NCBI GenBank assembly: GCA_964270895.1
Contig: OZ185438.1
Length of the DNA: 64,000 nt
Reading direction: 5' to 3' (one strand)
From: Podarcis filfolensis
Lineage: Eukaryota
In this document: positions 20,898 to 34,480 of the stretch, in pieces
How positions within the stretch are numbered: the first letter of the stretch is position 1
Layout of the letters: every line of letters starts with the position of its first letter
The notes under the pieces: model-generated
Databases searched by the model: none
The model's input: only the letters and a program-made list of their open reading frames with translations
What the model was told of the DNA's origin: nothing
Translations under genes and position numbers: made by a program

Positions 20898-22789
20898 TAT
20901 TGAAAATTAACTTTGCAGCGGGGCCCCTCGGACCTTCCCGCTGCCGTGACAGGCCTTGCGGTCTCCTTGCAGCTTGTGACATCTCACGTTCTCAACCCTT
21001 CCGAAAAATTTAGGTGGAGCCAGGTGCCTGTGCGCTCCCCAAACTCAGTATTATTATGCCCATAGTACTGACAGAGAACTGAGGCAAAGCCGTCCCTTGC
21101 CTAAAACCACCTCATGAGTTCATGGAAGGGGCAAGATTTGAATTGAGGATTTGCCGATTCGTAACTCCAATCCAACCATTTACCCGGGACTTCTGAACGG
21201 ACACGCGCAGGATTGTGGTGGCAGTGTCCTTGCCACTTTGAGAGCTACGGTGTCACAAGCAAGGGAACAGGTGGGGAACAGGGAGCACAAGAACATAGAG
21301 ATGAGCCCAGGGGATCGGACCAAAAGCCCAGCATCCTGTTTTCAAAGTGGCCAGTCAGATAACTGTGGGAAGCCATGCCACCTCCAAACATGTCACCCAA
21401 CTAAGACACTAGTCCTCACGAAGCAAGCGCAGAAGACAGTAGGCTTACATTGTTGAGTTTCCTTTTGCCGACTCTAAGTCGCAACAAGAAGCGGAGGTGA
21501 AATTTGTCAAACCGAAGCATTTTTTAAAGTTAGAAATGTTCAGATGTGTACATTCTTATTTTATGTAAGTATATGAGCATTGCTGTGGAGGGCCATTTTC
21601 TAGGAACAGGATTTCTGACGGTTCTCCCCCCCCCCCAAAAAAAAAACCTACCCAGAATGCCAATGCCAACATTCCAGTGTCAAATTAACCATTTCCCCTC
21701 CAGTCTTGAACCTGAAATACTTGAGATTTTCATTTGGATTTTCTCATTCGTTTTCCCCCCACATTCCCATCTTACAAAAAGACAACTGCTTTCTAACTCC
21801 ATGTATATGTACAACACATTGATATTCTTACATTGCAGTGTTTTCCCCGGACGCCTGCTGTTTTTACTCCGGGGGTGCACTATTCTCCTCCTCTGTAAAA
21901 AAATGAGCTATTCGAATGAGGGAAGATGCAGTACCTGAGATCCATTCTGCCTGTTTCCTACGCCAGATGGTGAAATTCCCCTTGTGTCAATTTCCATACT
22001 TCATGGGCACACAAAATCAGGCCCACAGACCGTAGTGTCAAATCTCATTTTTCGCACGACAGCCATGGGCTTGACAGGCTCATCCCGATGTCACCAAGTT
22101 CCATGCATGGTCATTCCATTCTACAAACAATTGTTTAACAGCCAAGAGTCTCCGTGTTGCTAAGGATATTGATGCATTCCAGGAACATGGAGAATTTCAG
22201 CCTGAGATCCTCAGTTCAGGTCCATTCACGGTATGTAGCATTTTACGGCTTAAATCCTCAGAGGATTTGTCACACTACAGGATTTTAATGGCTTCACATT
22301 TGACTGCTGTAGTCACATGACGGAATTCGTTTCTATTTTTGCTGTGTTCAGGAGGACGACAAAACTATTTATAATACTTATTATACAGTATTGATGACCA
22401 TAATTGATACTCCCATGAACACGGAAGCAGTTAGCTGCTTGGAGGCACTTGGAATACATAAATAGGCAAATGGGGAATGGCCAAAAACTTCTATCCTCAA
22501 AACGGTCCCTTCCTTTCCTTTTAAATTAGCAGCCACAAATTGCATATGCCATACAGTCTTGGGCCCCCATACCCAAGATTTATTGAATCATCAGACAAGA
22601 CTATCATTCTCAGCATGCTTTACATGTGATAGGCCACATATATCTCATAAAACATGAACAGGAACGCAGCTACGGTTGTACAACACTACATCCAACATGA
22701 AAATGTTCTATCATAAAGCATGGAGAGTTACAAGTGCTGCTGTTCCTCCAGTCCCGAGTCCAGCTAAATCATGAAGTTAATTCTTCATT

Positions 22790-23395
22790 TGTAGCCTTAT
22801 GAGGCTTTGCCCTCGGGTGGGAAAAATATTGCGCCCAGGAAAGCGAGATGGGAGTCAACAGACACTCAAGGAATAGTTTAGGAGAAAAAGCTTTATTTCT
22901 ACCATCCATGAACTGGTAGAAGGAGCAAGTGTGATAGCTCACAAACAAGCACGGGTTCACAGTCATTTGCACAGAGCATATATTCCCCTTCTAGTTCCCT
23001 CCCCTTTCTCCTCCTCTTCAGAGTCCTGCCCCATGTTGAGGTTCCTGAGCATGAACAGAAAGCTCCTGTTTTGGGACTATTGGATTCTTGGCACCCTTCC
23101 CAGGAAAGGCGGGGGGGTGAGAGCGGTTTAGCATGTCCAAGATGTGTTGCAACTGAATGAGATAAAAGTCAGTTCTCAGGCTTGCTTTGAACAGAGCCTA
23201 TTCATTAGCTTTTTGAAGCCTTCTTGTGCCGATAAAAGTAACAATTTTGCCTATGCACAACATCTTGTGAGAAAAGCAGAAGAAAGCTTTAGCTGTGGAT
23301 TTTTAGAAGACAAAAGGAATTTTGGACAGTTTTGAGGCCTGGTTGGGGGGGGTGACTTCGGGCCTAGGTGGGGTCACCTGTCCTCACCTCCTTCA
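22790..23395 (-). mobile_element. Solo LTR of a second family (606 bp)
   Basis: TG...CA termini with 4-bp TSD CATT (22786-22789, 23396-23399). Minus-strand AATAAA (22892-22897) and TATA-like ATATAT (~22978-22983). Confidence 0.65.
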
Positions 23396-23886
23396 CATTT
23401 TGTAATTACATCACTAATACAGTTTGTTATTCCATATTAGTATATTCAAACCCACTTAATGGCAGCGAGACACACTTTAATACACTCCCCACAGCCTGCT
23501 ATATTCAGTGTTAGGGTAGGCAAAAATGGGCAAAATAGCGAATATTTATGAATAGAGTTTCCGGTCCACTTTAGCAACTGAGTGCTGAGTTTGTGGTATA
23601 ATAAGAGCTTTGCAAACTTTTCCTGAAAATGATTCCTGCAGGGTTTGGCAGTACTTACTGCCAAGAAACTGGGGTGAGCAAGAGGAGAAAAGAAGCATAA
23701 GGCACCAGAACATGTTCCAAAGGCGCAGCTTAGTCATACGCCAGACGCAGGAGAGTCTTGCAGAATGTGGAAAGGCAAGCACATTGTGGCAGAATGGGCT
23801 CATTCCAGGCACACAAGCACATTTATATAGAGGGTGGAAATTCCAAACCCTCCAACATTTCTCCAATGAAAATAGGTACATCTTAT

Positions 23887-24275
23887 TCAATAATAATAAT
23901 AATAATAATAATAATTTTATTATTTATTCCAAGCCCTCCTAAGACTGGGGTGGAATCTACGCACATACAAAAAAACGCTGTAAAAATGCTTTAAAAAAAT
24001 GTTTTGAAAAACACATTAAATTTTGCAGAGTTCACTGTCGCCATCTAGCATCACATTTGTATATTGCACTTTATGACACATTTAAAACGTTTTATTTGCA
24101 GCTGTGTAAGTTGCTGCAGCCACTCTGGGCAGCTTTCAACATATAAAAAGCATAATAAAAAAAACACTAAAAAACTTCTCTCTACACGGCTGCCTTCAGA
24201 TGTCTTCTGAAGGTTGTATAATTATTTATCTCCTCGGCTCGGGATTGCATATATTGTAACTCCATACCCTCCGAC
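23887..24275 (-). mobile_element. Degraded L2 3' fragment abutting the promoter (boundaries approximate)
   Basis: Reverse complement reads ...FRRHLKA... followed by a T-rich UTR and an AAT/TTA microsatellite tail. Confidence 0.55.
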
Positions 24276-24900
24276 GGGCCACGCCCCCACGCTTTTGAAG
24301 GAGATCCCGCAGCCTCCTCCGGCTAGTGACGCCCCGCCCCGCCGTGCGCCTGCGCGCTAGCTCGCTCTCCCCGCCTCCCGCTTTCCCCGCGCGTTCCGCC
24401 CCCTCGCGAGGTTTCCGCAAGCCTCGCGACGCTTCCCCGCCGCCATCTTAGTTGTTCCTTGCGCGAAAAGAAGACGAGGAAAGGAAGGGAAGGGGCGGGA
24501 AAAGGGGGGGGGTGGAAATAAGAAAGGAGAGAGGCTTTAGCTGAGGCCGCGTCTGCATAAGCATTCCGGGGTCAGAGTCAGGGCCGGGGAGGCTGCTTGG
24601 CCGCCTGCCGTTGCCCCTTTCCTAGGCTCGGGCCTCTCTCTCGGCGTTCCCTCAGGCCCGGGGCCCTCGCCGCCAAGCCCTCGTCACCGCTGCCTGAGGA
24701 GGCGGGGCTCGGGCCGGCTCTGGATGGTGGCGAGAATGATCATAGAAAACTTCGAGGCGCTGAAATCGTGGCTCAGCAAGACCTTGGCGCCCATGTGAGT
24801 AGTAGGGAGCGTGGGGAACGTCTGAACGCGCGCGCACACACGTGTATTCAGGGCGCCTTCATTCTGCATATGCGTGTGCGGAGGTGCATAAATGCGCACC
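24270..24900 (+). promoter_or_regulatory. RBM26: CpG-island promoter, 5'UTR and exon 1 region of RBM26
   Basis: Sharp rise in GC and CpG content. GC box GCCCCGCCCC 24331-24340, NRF1-like TGCGCCTGCGC 24345-24355, CCTCGCGAGG palindrome, YY1 consensus CGCCGCCATCTT 24438-24449. Confidence 0.85.
24724..24794 (+). CDS. RBM26: RBM26 coding exon 1 (PWI start)
   Basis: MVARMIIENFEALKSWLSKTLAP(I); donor AT|GTGAGT; 71 nt. Confidence 0.95.
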
Positions 24901-25376
24901 CGCCCGCGTGGAGCCTCTGCAAGCGGGGGTTACAAAAATGGACCCATAGTGTCACCGGGGTGGGGGGTGGGGTGTCTGGTGTGCAGAAACCTGACGACTT
25001 CTTCCTCCCTTGCATCTAGTTCAGTGGTTCCCAGTCGTTGCAAGGTTTGGCTGGGGGTGTTGAAAAGCGGGGTCGCCTAGCCCTAACACACCCCTGTCCC
25101 GTCCCCCCCTAACCATGAACACCCTATGCCATTCAGTGTTCAGTGTCTGAACAGCTTCGAGACGTGAAGCTCTGTTACTGTACCTCAGAAGCAAACTGGA
25201 ATGCCAGTGTTAGAAACCGAGATGGGAAAGCTAGGAGCCCTGTGGCACCTTAAACCTAGGTTATGGGCTCCACGGTGTGCTTTTTTATTGTCTTAGCAAG
25301 ACTACAAAGCTGTAAATGAATGAACAGCAGCTAAAATGTTACGTTGATTTTGCACATGGTCTGGCCCTCCCTAATA

Positions 25377-25591
25377 CAGTGGTACCTCGGCTTACATACG
25401 CTTCAGGTTACAGACTCCACAAACCCAGAAACAGTACCTTGGGTTAAGAACTTTGCTTCAGAATGAGAACAGAAATCACGTGGCGGCAGCAGGAGGCCCC
25501 ATTAGCTAAAGTGGTGCTTCAGGTTAAGAACAGTTTCAGGTTAAGAACGGACCTCCGGAGCGAATTAAGTACCTAACCCGAGGTACCACTG
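25377..25591 (-). mobile_element. TcMar MITE, family A copy 2 (opposite orientation)
   Basis: TA TSD, same TIR. Interior is the reverse complement of copies 1 and 3. Confidence 0.9.
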
Positions 25592-25941
25592 TATTCTTAA
25601 GAGGGCCTCTTCTCCAGTCTTCGGAGAGCAGCTGGAAGTGGGGAGGCAGAAAAAGGTCCTCCTTTCCTTCCCCTCTGCAGTTTTAAGCAGAAATCCCAGG
25701 TGCTGTGCTGTGCCCAGAGCTCAGAAACGGCTCACGCTAATGATTTCCCTGTCACAGAACACGCCTCGAATAATGGGAGTTTCGAACGCTGGGTGTAGGC
25801 AATTTAAAAGTAGCACACGTGTTCTCTTCAAAGCTATTGCAGTGCACTACCCAAACAGAAAGTGACAGCCTTAAAGGCTGTCTGTGGTTAGCAAGAAAAC
25901 CATCATCACCTTATGATTATTGACTCATAAAAAGTTTCGAA

Positions 25942-26229
25942 CACTGTTCCCAATTAGGGGTTCAGGGACCCCTGGGGGTCCACAGAACCTATCCCGGGGG
26001 TCTGCAACTCCATCTCTTGCTTCTCCCTTAAATAAATTTTTGCATGGTAATATCACAAATTTTATCGTTATTTAGCGTACCTAAAATCGTTTGCTTATTA
26101 GGGGCTGCTCCACATTTTGTTCAAAAAATTGCTTTGCAGAGGTAGCTACCATAGAGTTATAAAAATTTCCCATGGCTTGGATTTTGAAAAATAGGGGGTC
26201 TTCAGTAATTAGCTAATTGGGAACCACTG
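25942..26229. mobile_element. Old hAT-like MITE
   Basis: Termini CACTGTTCCCAATTAG / CTAATTGGGAACCACTG. TSD not recognisable. Confidence 0.55.
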
Positions 26230-27212
26230 ATCTAGTTCACTCTGTGAAGGTGTGTTTGTTTTTTGTCTTTGGTGGGGTGGAGGAGGGGGGAACATTGTGT
26301 ATGGAGGTGCTTTCAACTCACGACAGCCCCTATACCTGCAGCCTGTAGTGGTACAACTCGAAACAAAAGTTGGAAATTAGCCCACATAGGTATTGCTGCC
26401 TCGACGTTTGTGGAAGGGACTTCTGCGCAAGAGGATGGGTGACTTGACCTTCCCTTGCTGTATTTGTTGTGAAAGTTTGCTGTGCTTAGCTGATCTGCAC
26501 CTATGGCTTATGTATGCATACGCCTTGATCTGGTACACCTGACTCTTACATATGTATGTTTCAGACTTTATAGTGTGTAAATAACTGATGCTGTATAGAA
26601 TTATACCGCCATCATATTGGATGATGTATAGTTTCCTTATGAGAAAGTACACTTAATTAACAAATGCTTTATGCACTTCTGTCATAAAGTCGTATGCTTC
26701 ACAGTTCCTTGTGAGCAAGGAATTGAAGGGTAGAAATAAAAGTTCAGTTGCAAGAAATTTTCAAAATGTCAACTGTCGTTCTTGCCTGTTTGAGACTCTT
26801 GCCTAATAATGTATTAAATTGAATTGTTGGTTCACTCTTTGGTGCTTTGAATTGAATTGTTGACACCAAAGTTTGAGAGTGCAGTGTGATTTTAACAGAT
26901 GTTTATTCTTGCCAGCTATTTCCGGGCTACCACCAATTCAAAGGGTTTGCACTGTGCAGCTGATATGTAGAAAAACATGCAGGAATTGTGATTTGTGGCA
27001 AAGCAGGGTGTTGGTACAATGGAAATACTCCTGGGATGAAGAATCAGTAATTCTTTTAACATAACAAAACATCATTTTAATATAATTTACTGCATAAAAG
27101 CAGAATGGACAAAACACGATAAGAAAATTTAATGACTGTGCTACTCCTTTGCATTGTCTAAGAAGTTGAACACTGTAAGTTGATTTCTGGACGCGCAACT
27201 ACATTTTGGGAT

Positions 27213-27335
27213 TATAGAATTGTAGAGTTGGAAGGTACCCCAAAGGTCATTTATTCCAATCCTCTGCAATGCAGGACTCTCTTGCCCAATATGGGGCCCA
27301 AACCCACAACCCTGAGAATAACAATCTTATGCTGT
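27213..27335 (-). mobile_element. tRNA-derived SINE with CR1 tail (boundaries approximate)
   Basis: Reverse complement gives a tRNA-like head fragment followed by ...CCTTCCAACTCTACAATTCTAT. Confidence 0.6.
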
Positions 27336-27620
27336 GTGCAGATTAAGCCTCCATAACCAGCGTGATAAGAAATGGTATGAAGAGTCATCATTGGTTCTCA
27401 GTTTGTCCAGTTTTTGGTCACGCCAGGGATTCTTGTTTCAAATGCAGAAGTAGGGACTTTGTACAGAAATCGTTACATTCTTTGCAAGAGCTGATTTGTT
27501 AGGCTGAGGATAGTGAACCCTGGATGGAAATGCAGTAGGATCCTTTTTAACACAAAGGTCCTGGAAGGAGCAGATGACCAGTTAGATTCTAAAGGTGTGA
27601 TTTTGGGTGCCAAATAAATA

Positions 27621-27862
27621 CAGTGGTACCTCTGCTTACGTACTGAATTTGTTCCGGAGGTCCGTTCTTAACCTGAAAGTGTTCTTAACCTGAAGCACCA
27701 CTTTAGCTAATGGGGCCTCCCGCTGCTGCCGTGCCACCGCCATGCGATTTCTGTTCTCATCCTGAAGCAAAGTTCTTAACCCGAGGTACTATTTCTGGGT
27801 TAGCGGAGTCTGTAACCTGAAGTGTATGTAACCTGAAGCGTATGTAACCCGAGGTACCACTG
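27621..27862 (+). mobile_element. TcMar MITE, family A copy 3
   Basis: TA TSD, TIR CAGTGGTACCTC / GAGGTACCACTG. Confidence 0.9.
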
Positions 27863-30800
27863 TACTGAAAATGCAAGACGATTCTTTAACTGTTGTGCCC
27901 AGTGAAGTGTGCTGTGTGTGGAAACATTCATGTGTATATGTTCAAACAAGGGGAAATCTTGAAATCCTTGGTCAGATATGTATATTTTTGTGCAGTTTTG
28001 CAGTTAGGTTTCAGGAGTGGTTGGACATCTGCTACATCTTGTTTGTAAAAGCGGCACCGCATTGTGGTTGCTCTCTGCCTTAAGAACAGAAGAGATAGGA
28101 CACATGTAGCCGCTTCATAAAATGGGAAGGGCTGCAGCTCAGAAGTAGAACATTTTCTTTGCAAGGAGGTTCAATCCCTGGCAACTCCAGGTAGGGCTAA
28201 GAGAAATTCCTGCTAGAAACCCTGGAGAGCCATTGTCGGTCTAGACCAGGGGTTCACAAACTGTGGTCCACAAACATCATTCCGGTGTTCCACAGTGTGC
28301 CTGTAAATTCTGTGGAATTCTATGGACTTCAACTTGTAATCAGTGTTGGATAAGAAATTAAAGAAGCAGTTAAAATGCAAATAGAAATCACACATCATTT
28401 CACATAGTGCATTACAATAGCTACAATAGGCGCACGGGGGGTGGGAAATCATTAAGTGGCCCTTCAAGAGTCTAATTTTCAAACGGTTCATAGAGGGGAA
28501 AGTGTTAGGGAATCACGGGTCTAGATAATACTGAGCTGCTTTGACTAAGTGTATGGTTGTTTCCTATATTGCTTAGTACTTTTCTGTTAATTGTGGATCT
28601 GGGAAATGCAGCACTGCTGCTGATGCAGTCCTAGTGCTCTGTTGTCTAGCCTTCTTAACAAGCAAAAAGTCTTATCTACGTAGAGTTGAGGGAAGAAATG
28701 CAACCATTGTAGCATTTCACTATTTACCTACTTGGGGCAGAGTAGCATAGTGCAGCAATAGCTGCTTGGGCAGGTTCACCTTCAACTTTCGGGTGATCTT
28801 CGGAAACGATTATTACCAGCCCTAAGTGAGTAGCAAATTACATAGCTACATTTGCAGGTAATAGTAGCACACCATGGAGAAAGATTCTAGTTCAGCCTTG
28901 TTCTTGTTGCACTCGATGGGCACACTTTTTTTTTCCCCACACCAGAGAGCTTTAAAAAATGTGATTCTTCCATCATCTGAAGTGAGATGGTGTGTTCTGC
29001 TATTCCCATTCCCATCTTATAGTTCTGCATGTCTGTACCAGGCTATTCTTTGCAGATAAATATGTGGCTAAGGAAAACATTAACTTGGAATCCTTTTTTT
29101 TTAAAAATATCACTTTTTGATACCAAACATGGAGACTTCTTTGCAATCAATCTCTCCAAGAAACATGCATAAACTTTTCTTTCATATGGCTACCGATGCC
29201 ACTTCAAATATGGTATATTTTCTTAATGGAGAATCTATCTGATAAAAGATCAGTGTCCTCATAAGACAGCAGTCTTGTGAACACAATAAGTAAATATGGA
29301 ATGGTTATTGTGAAAATAGGTTTTGATTATTATTCTGAACAGTCTTTCTCCCTGTTTTCCTTGTTAATATACTTGTCTCCTAGTTTAAAAGCATCCCTAG
29401 AGGTGCTGTCCGTGTAGACTGGGCAAACACTTTCAGTCATTGTTGTTGCTGTGTTGATTCACTGCAGTGCTCCCGGGAGTTTTCAATCATATTTATTTCT
29501 CATTTGAACTACTTGTTTGATTTGGCTTTTTCAGGATATTCAACCTATTGCTCTTTAGTTCTCTTGGAATGATACTTTTTGCACAAGCTTACTATTTTCT
29601 AACTCAGGTTATTTTGGGAAATCATGGTTAAACATTTGTATTGTACAGAGACATTGTAGAAGCATAGGCTCATTAAAATGGAAAGTGTTCCTTCTGCTTG
29701 TTAAATGCCCTGGGATTTTGTTGCTGTAATTCATTATGATGGGAATACAATCAAGGAGATGGTTTAAATGTAGTTCATGGTTTTATTATTACTTTGGTTT
29801 CCCATCTTTTATATTACCGTAAGTAAGCGGTGTGTAGGAGAAATCTTTGGGCAGGAAGAGGAAGGGGCAGGATTGAGAGGCCTGCAAGTCCCCAAAAGGA
29901 GGCAAAGCCTCAAAATGATGCAGACATTTATTGGAACAGTAAACTGAAATGCATTGTATACATTTCTGAGGCAAAGAAGTTTCTATTCCATTTACGTTGC
30001 CTGAATAAATGATAAAATGGCTTGACTGAATCGTCACAATGTGGAATAGAAATCTTTTTCTAGAAGAAGGAGATCACTTATTTACTTGAATCTAATACGC
30101 CATTGAATCTAATGCACACCTTAATTTTCGCAATGTCGTTTGGCAAAAAAAAAAGGTGAGCATTAGATTTGAGTAAATACAGCATGATGGATATACCTTA
30201 TTTTGTAATGAATTTCTGCACTTCCCTGTTTTGGGACTTAAAGTCCTCCTTTTTTTTTAACTTCCTGAGAGGATTTGTTTTCTTCCTATATTCTAAAAAA
30301 AAATTGGTCTCCTGTTTTCTTAGATTTTCTCACATTTTTCATGTCATTTGGATTCTTTATACATAGTTCATAGTTTAAAATATGAGCAAGTTGCATGGAT
30401 GACCCATTCATTTTGCTCCCAGGGAACAGCACTAAAAACTGTTATGTTTGGGAAATATGAAGTTGCAGGGAATCTACTAGTAGTTGGATTTGTTCTTTGC
30501 TGTTTGCACCACTTTTATAAAATGTTATCCAAAAGAATACAAACATAAAGTGTGTACAACTGAATGTTGCTGAGTGGGCAGAGTTTGTAGCTCAGAACTG
30601 GGGTATACATTTATAACTTTCATTAGGCTTCTGAAACTTGATTTCTGGAAATATTTGCTCAGATGGCTAAACAAATTATGATGCTATGCCATATTGGCAG
30701 CAAGATTCTTGTCAACAAGTCAATTAAAAATGGTAAATGTTGTATGTAAATAGTTTGAATGAGTTGGTGAGCTATATAAAAACTGGAAGAATGTCTGTAA

Positions 30801-31404
30801 TTGACAAGAGAGCTAAACTTCCATTTTTTAAAATGACTTCTTTTTAAAAGGTTTTTAATCTTGTACTGTGTAATTGTGTAAACTCTCCAGCCTCGAAAGG
30901 TTTGCTGAGTAACTGCAAAATACAGTGATTTTTAACAAGTGTGTGTTGCAGTCTAGCATGGTTTTGAAACATTTGAAGCAGATGTAAGCTTCTGAACTTG
31001 TTGCATCCAGGGGAATCATGACACGGGAAGCTTCATATGGTAAAGGTTTTAAAGGGTACACAAGGGACATCATCATGGCAACCAGCCCCTACAAGGTCTT
31101 TTGCTATCATTCCAGCACCATTGTTGGCTCACCTTCCTCTTTACTCAACATGATTTTCATGCTTGAGTCAGACTGTTGAATTTCTGAGAAGCTCACATTT
31201 TTTTTATTTATCTTTAAGATTTCCTATGCACCCTTCATTGTAAGGTCCCAGGATGGGTTACAACAATAAAATGCAAAATTATGAAAACAGATAAAGCTGT
31301 TGCAATGATAATGTATGTAAACTGTTCCAAACAGAAGAGAACAATGTAAATTCAACAGAGGAGGTGGTTTCCAGAAGATAAAACAGTAGAGCAAACTCCC
31401 ATGA

Positions 31405-31554
31405 GAGGTGGTAGAGTCTGCTTCCTTGGAGGTTTTTATGCAGAGGTTGGTTGGCCATCTGTCATGTATGATTTAGTTGAGAGTCCAGCATTGCTGGGGT
31501 TGGACTAAATGACCTTTGGGGTCCCTTCCAGCTCTACAATTCTATTATTCTATG
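31405..31554 (+). mobile_element. CR1 LINE 3' fragment (boundaries approximate)
   Basis: ...CCTTGGAGGTTTTT...GGTCCCTTCCAGCTCTACAATTCTATTATTCTATGA, a CR1-type terminus. Confidence 0.7.
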
Positions 31555-31680
31555 AAACATTAATTCAGTGGCCATATACTGTGCAGAATATATATTAGAT
31601 GTATGAATTCCCGAAATGCTTAGAAATTTTAATGTAATACTGGTAGGGGACCTTTCACTGATAACTTTGAAATTTTAAGA

Positions 31681-32489
31681 CAGAGGTTTTCAACCTTTTT
31701 GAGTCCCCAGCTCCCTTGACCAACTCCATTTTTCTGCTGCACCCCTGTGGGGCTCAGGAGCCCAGTTATGTCACCCCTTTCTCGCAGAACTGGCAGCCTC
31801 TTACCCTTTTTTGAACACCCTCCATTGTGGAATGTTTCCTCAACCTCCTCTTACCTGTCCTTGGGAGTCCTGGCAGTTACTACTGCCACCCCTGGTCTCT
31901 GAGCCCCCCCCCCGCCCCAAAGAGAGGTGCCTCCTCACACTGCCTCACAGGGGCCTGGGAAGAGGATGCCCCCAGCCTTGGTGGCCCAACGGAGGCTGGC
32001 CAGAGGTGAACATGAGGCCAGCACCTTACTCACCTTGGGAGGCAGCAATAGCAGCAGCGGGTGCTGCTGGGTCTGTGTGGTGGAAAGGCTCCCTTTCAGA
32101 ACCAGACACTCAACTCCTAGCAGGCCTTGCACACAGCAAGCACAAGAAAGGCAGAACACTGCCTGCCTGCCAGGCCCCCCACTTGTCTGTCCATTCCCAA
32201 CAGCAAGGACCTGGCAGACTGGCTGGCTGAGCTCCCTCGCCCGCTTGCTTCCTCAGCTCCTGGCAACCAGCACTCCCTGAACAGTCCCTGAGACACCATT
32301 TGCCTGGGGAGCTTGTAGCCAGGACTGCTGCAACAAACAGCTGTGCAAGCCCTTGGGAGACAGACACATGAGAGGGCATCAGAGGAGGGAAGGGAGGAAA
32401 GGGGGACTGAGGCCAGTGTTGCCTGTGGCACATCTGACCTTCTTTCAAGGCACCCTAGGGTGCCACGGCACACTGGTTGAAAACCACTG
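31681..32489. mobile_element. Non-autonomous hAT (Charlie-like) element
   Basis: TIRs CAGAGGTTTTCAACC / GGTTGAAAACCACTG. Flanks TTTTAAGA and CTTTAAGG (6/8 TSD match). Confidence 0.75.
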
Positions 32490-32659
32490 CTTTAAGGCAT
32501 CCTATACCATATTTCACAAGCCTCAGTTACTTGGTAATCAATCACTGTATTGTTATTATTTTTAAGTGCCTCAAAATGGTGGGTTGTAGCCAGCTAAGTT
32601 CTATTGGTGGACCCATTGAAATTTAATGTACTTATTAATTTCAGTGGTTCTATTCTCAG

Positions 32660-32745
32660 TACAACAACAACAACAACAACAACAAATTATATTATTTGTA
32701 TGCCACCCATCTGATTGGGTTGTCCCACCACTCTGGGTGGCAAGA
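32660..32745 (-). mobile_element. L2 3' terminus with (CAA)n tail
   Basis: Reverse complement TGCCACCCAGAGTGG...GATGGGTGGCATACAAATAA resembles the L2 end at ~8435-8485. Confidence 0.55.
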
Positions 32746-34480
32746 TACACCTTGTATCTTGTTTTTAAGAATGGGAAGTGCTTATGTTTAATATTATGTT
32801 TGGTGTTTTTTCTAATCTCTGTGCAAGTGACCGACTGTTTTGTCTTGAAGAACATGATGGATAAAGAATATTTAAAATAGTGTAAAGTTAATTTTTAATT
32901 TAAAAGAACATCCAGTCTTGCAAAGACTGTTGATGCTTTCAGGTGTTCCCAGTTTCCTTGAACCATCTCTTTAAGGCTACTTTGATCATGACGGTCAGAG
33001 AACATTACTTGTTTAGATGGAATATCACACTCCTCCACAGAGAGACTGAAATTAGTCTCCTTTAGATAGATGCACAATGATGAAACAAGTTAGTAAAGTT
33101 TCAGCTGAACCCTATGCCAGTCCTGTATCACACCTACATCTTAAGGATACTCTAGTTGGATAAGTAAATTTGAAGATGACGTGTATGAGCATATTGAAAA
33201 GCCTAGATCTCCCTTTATCTGGAACTCTAAAGCAATTTGGTGGTAAATGTGTGGAATGTTATTGACCCTGCCCTGATAGCATTTGTAGTGGTGTTAAAGG
33301 AAGTGAATGTATTGGGATCATGTTGACTTCTTGGACTTTTGTGCAGCTTTTATGGTTTCTCAGTTACTACAGTAGTGGCAGAATTGACATCAAAAGTTGT
33401 AAAAGTTAAAACCTTGATTTTTCCATAATTTAATCCTCACAGAAACAACCTATGGCAATTTATACTTCACCATAGTGCTTTTTTAAATAGAACTGTATTA
33501 TAACAAGCTAAATACATACAGGTATCAATATATAACAGTATTCCACAACCTTTCATCATTGAGGACTATTTGCAACATTGAATTGTGGAAGAATCCAAAA
33601 GTTTTATGAATGCTTTTTCAGTGCTGTTGGGGTGCATTTAACCCCACTTGTCAATAGATGGTTAAGAAATAAGTGACAATGTGATTGTCCTTGAGACAAC
33701 TTTTGGTTAGCCATGAAATGCTTTTATGTTTAGTATTAGCCAGTTCTCTTTTTCTCTGTGTCATACCTCATCAGCTAATTACATATAGTCTGCAGAACAG
33801 TAACTAATGGCCAGAAGCCCAGTAATTATCATTGATAAAATGAACATCACAATGGTAAAACTATTCCAATGAAACTTCACACACCTTTTTTTAAATAAGT
33901 AAGAACAGCAGAGGCCACAATTCCTTTACTAACTAGCAAAATGTTACAGGCGGTGACCATATTGCATGGGGTTTCTGTTCTTGCCCCCATGTACATGTCG
34001 GCAGAGCATATATTAGCCAGTCCTGTTCTGCTCCGCCCCCATTCCACACCCGAAAGCTCCCAAGTGTTGGCAATTACACATCAGTTGAACGCTCCTAAAA
34101 TGGTCATGCCTGTATTTTAATGATTGGGGCAAAGGGGATTTAATACTTTGCAGAAAGCCTGGCTGAAGGGTACACAATGCCCAGCATTTTGGGTCAACCT
34201 TTTTGACCCTGTCACTGAAGGCTGGGTAACCTTTGTTAAGGGATGGGAAGAGCCATGAGCACAACTGTGGTCCAAAATGCAGTGAAGCAAAACAAATTGA
34301 TGAATCTCATAGACTGGCTTTTTCAGTAGATGTTGACACTTGGTTCATTTTATATAACACACATCAATGCAAAATTAAAGTGTAAAGATGCAAAACATCC
34401 TGGGCATACTGCACCAGCTCGAGTTAACTTTTTAGGGTATCTTCATTACTGACAGCAGCCTTGTTTTGCTCCTTTTACAG

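Noticed and set aside
8100-24200. Exons of a neighbouring gene (NDFIP2 is the head-to-head neighbour in human)
   Set aside because: No second CpG island or recognisable coding exon found; the ORFs here are L1/L2/Tc1 remnants or noise. Small exons could have been missed.
24597-25080. ORFs across the CpG island
   Set aside because: Non-ATG or off-frame products of stop-poor GC-rich DNA; the real exon 1 is in another frame.
31811-32473. Cluster of 110-139-aa ORFs
   Set aside because: Lie in the GC-rich interior of a non-autonomous hAT element; no recognisable domain.
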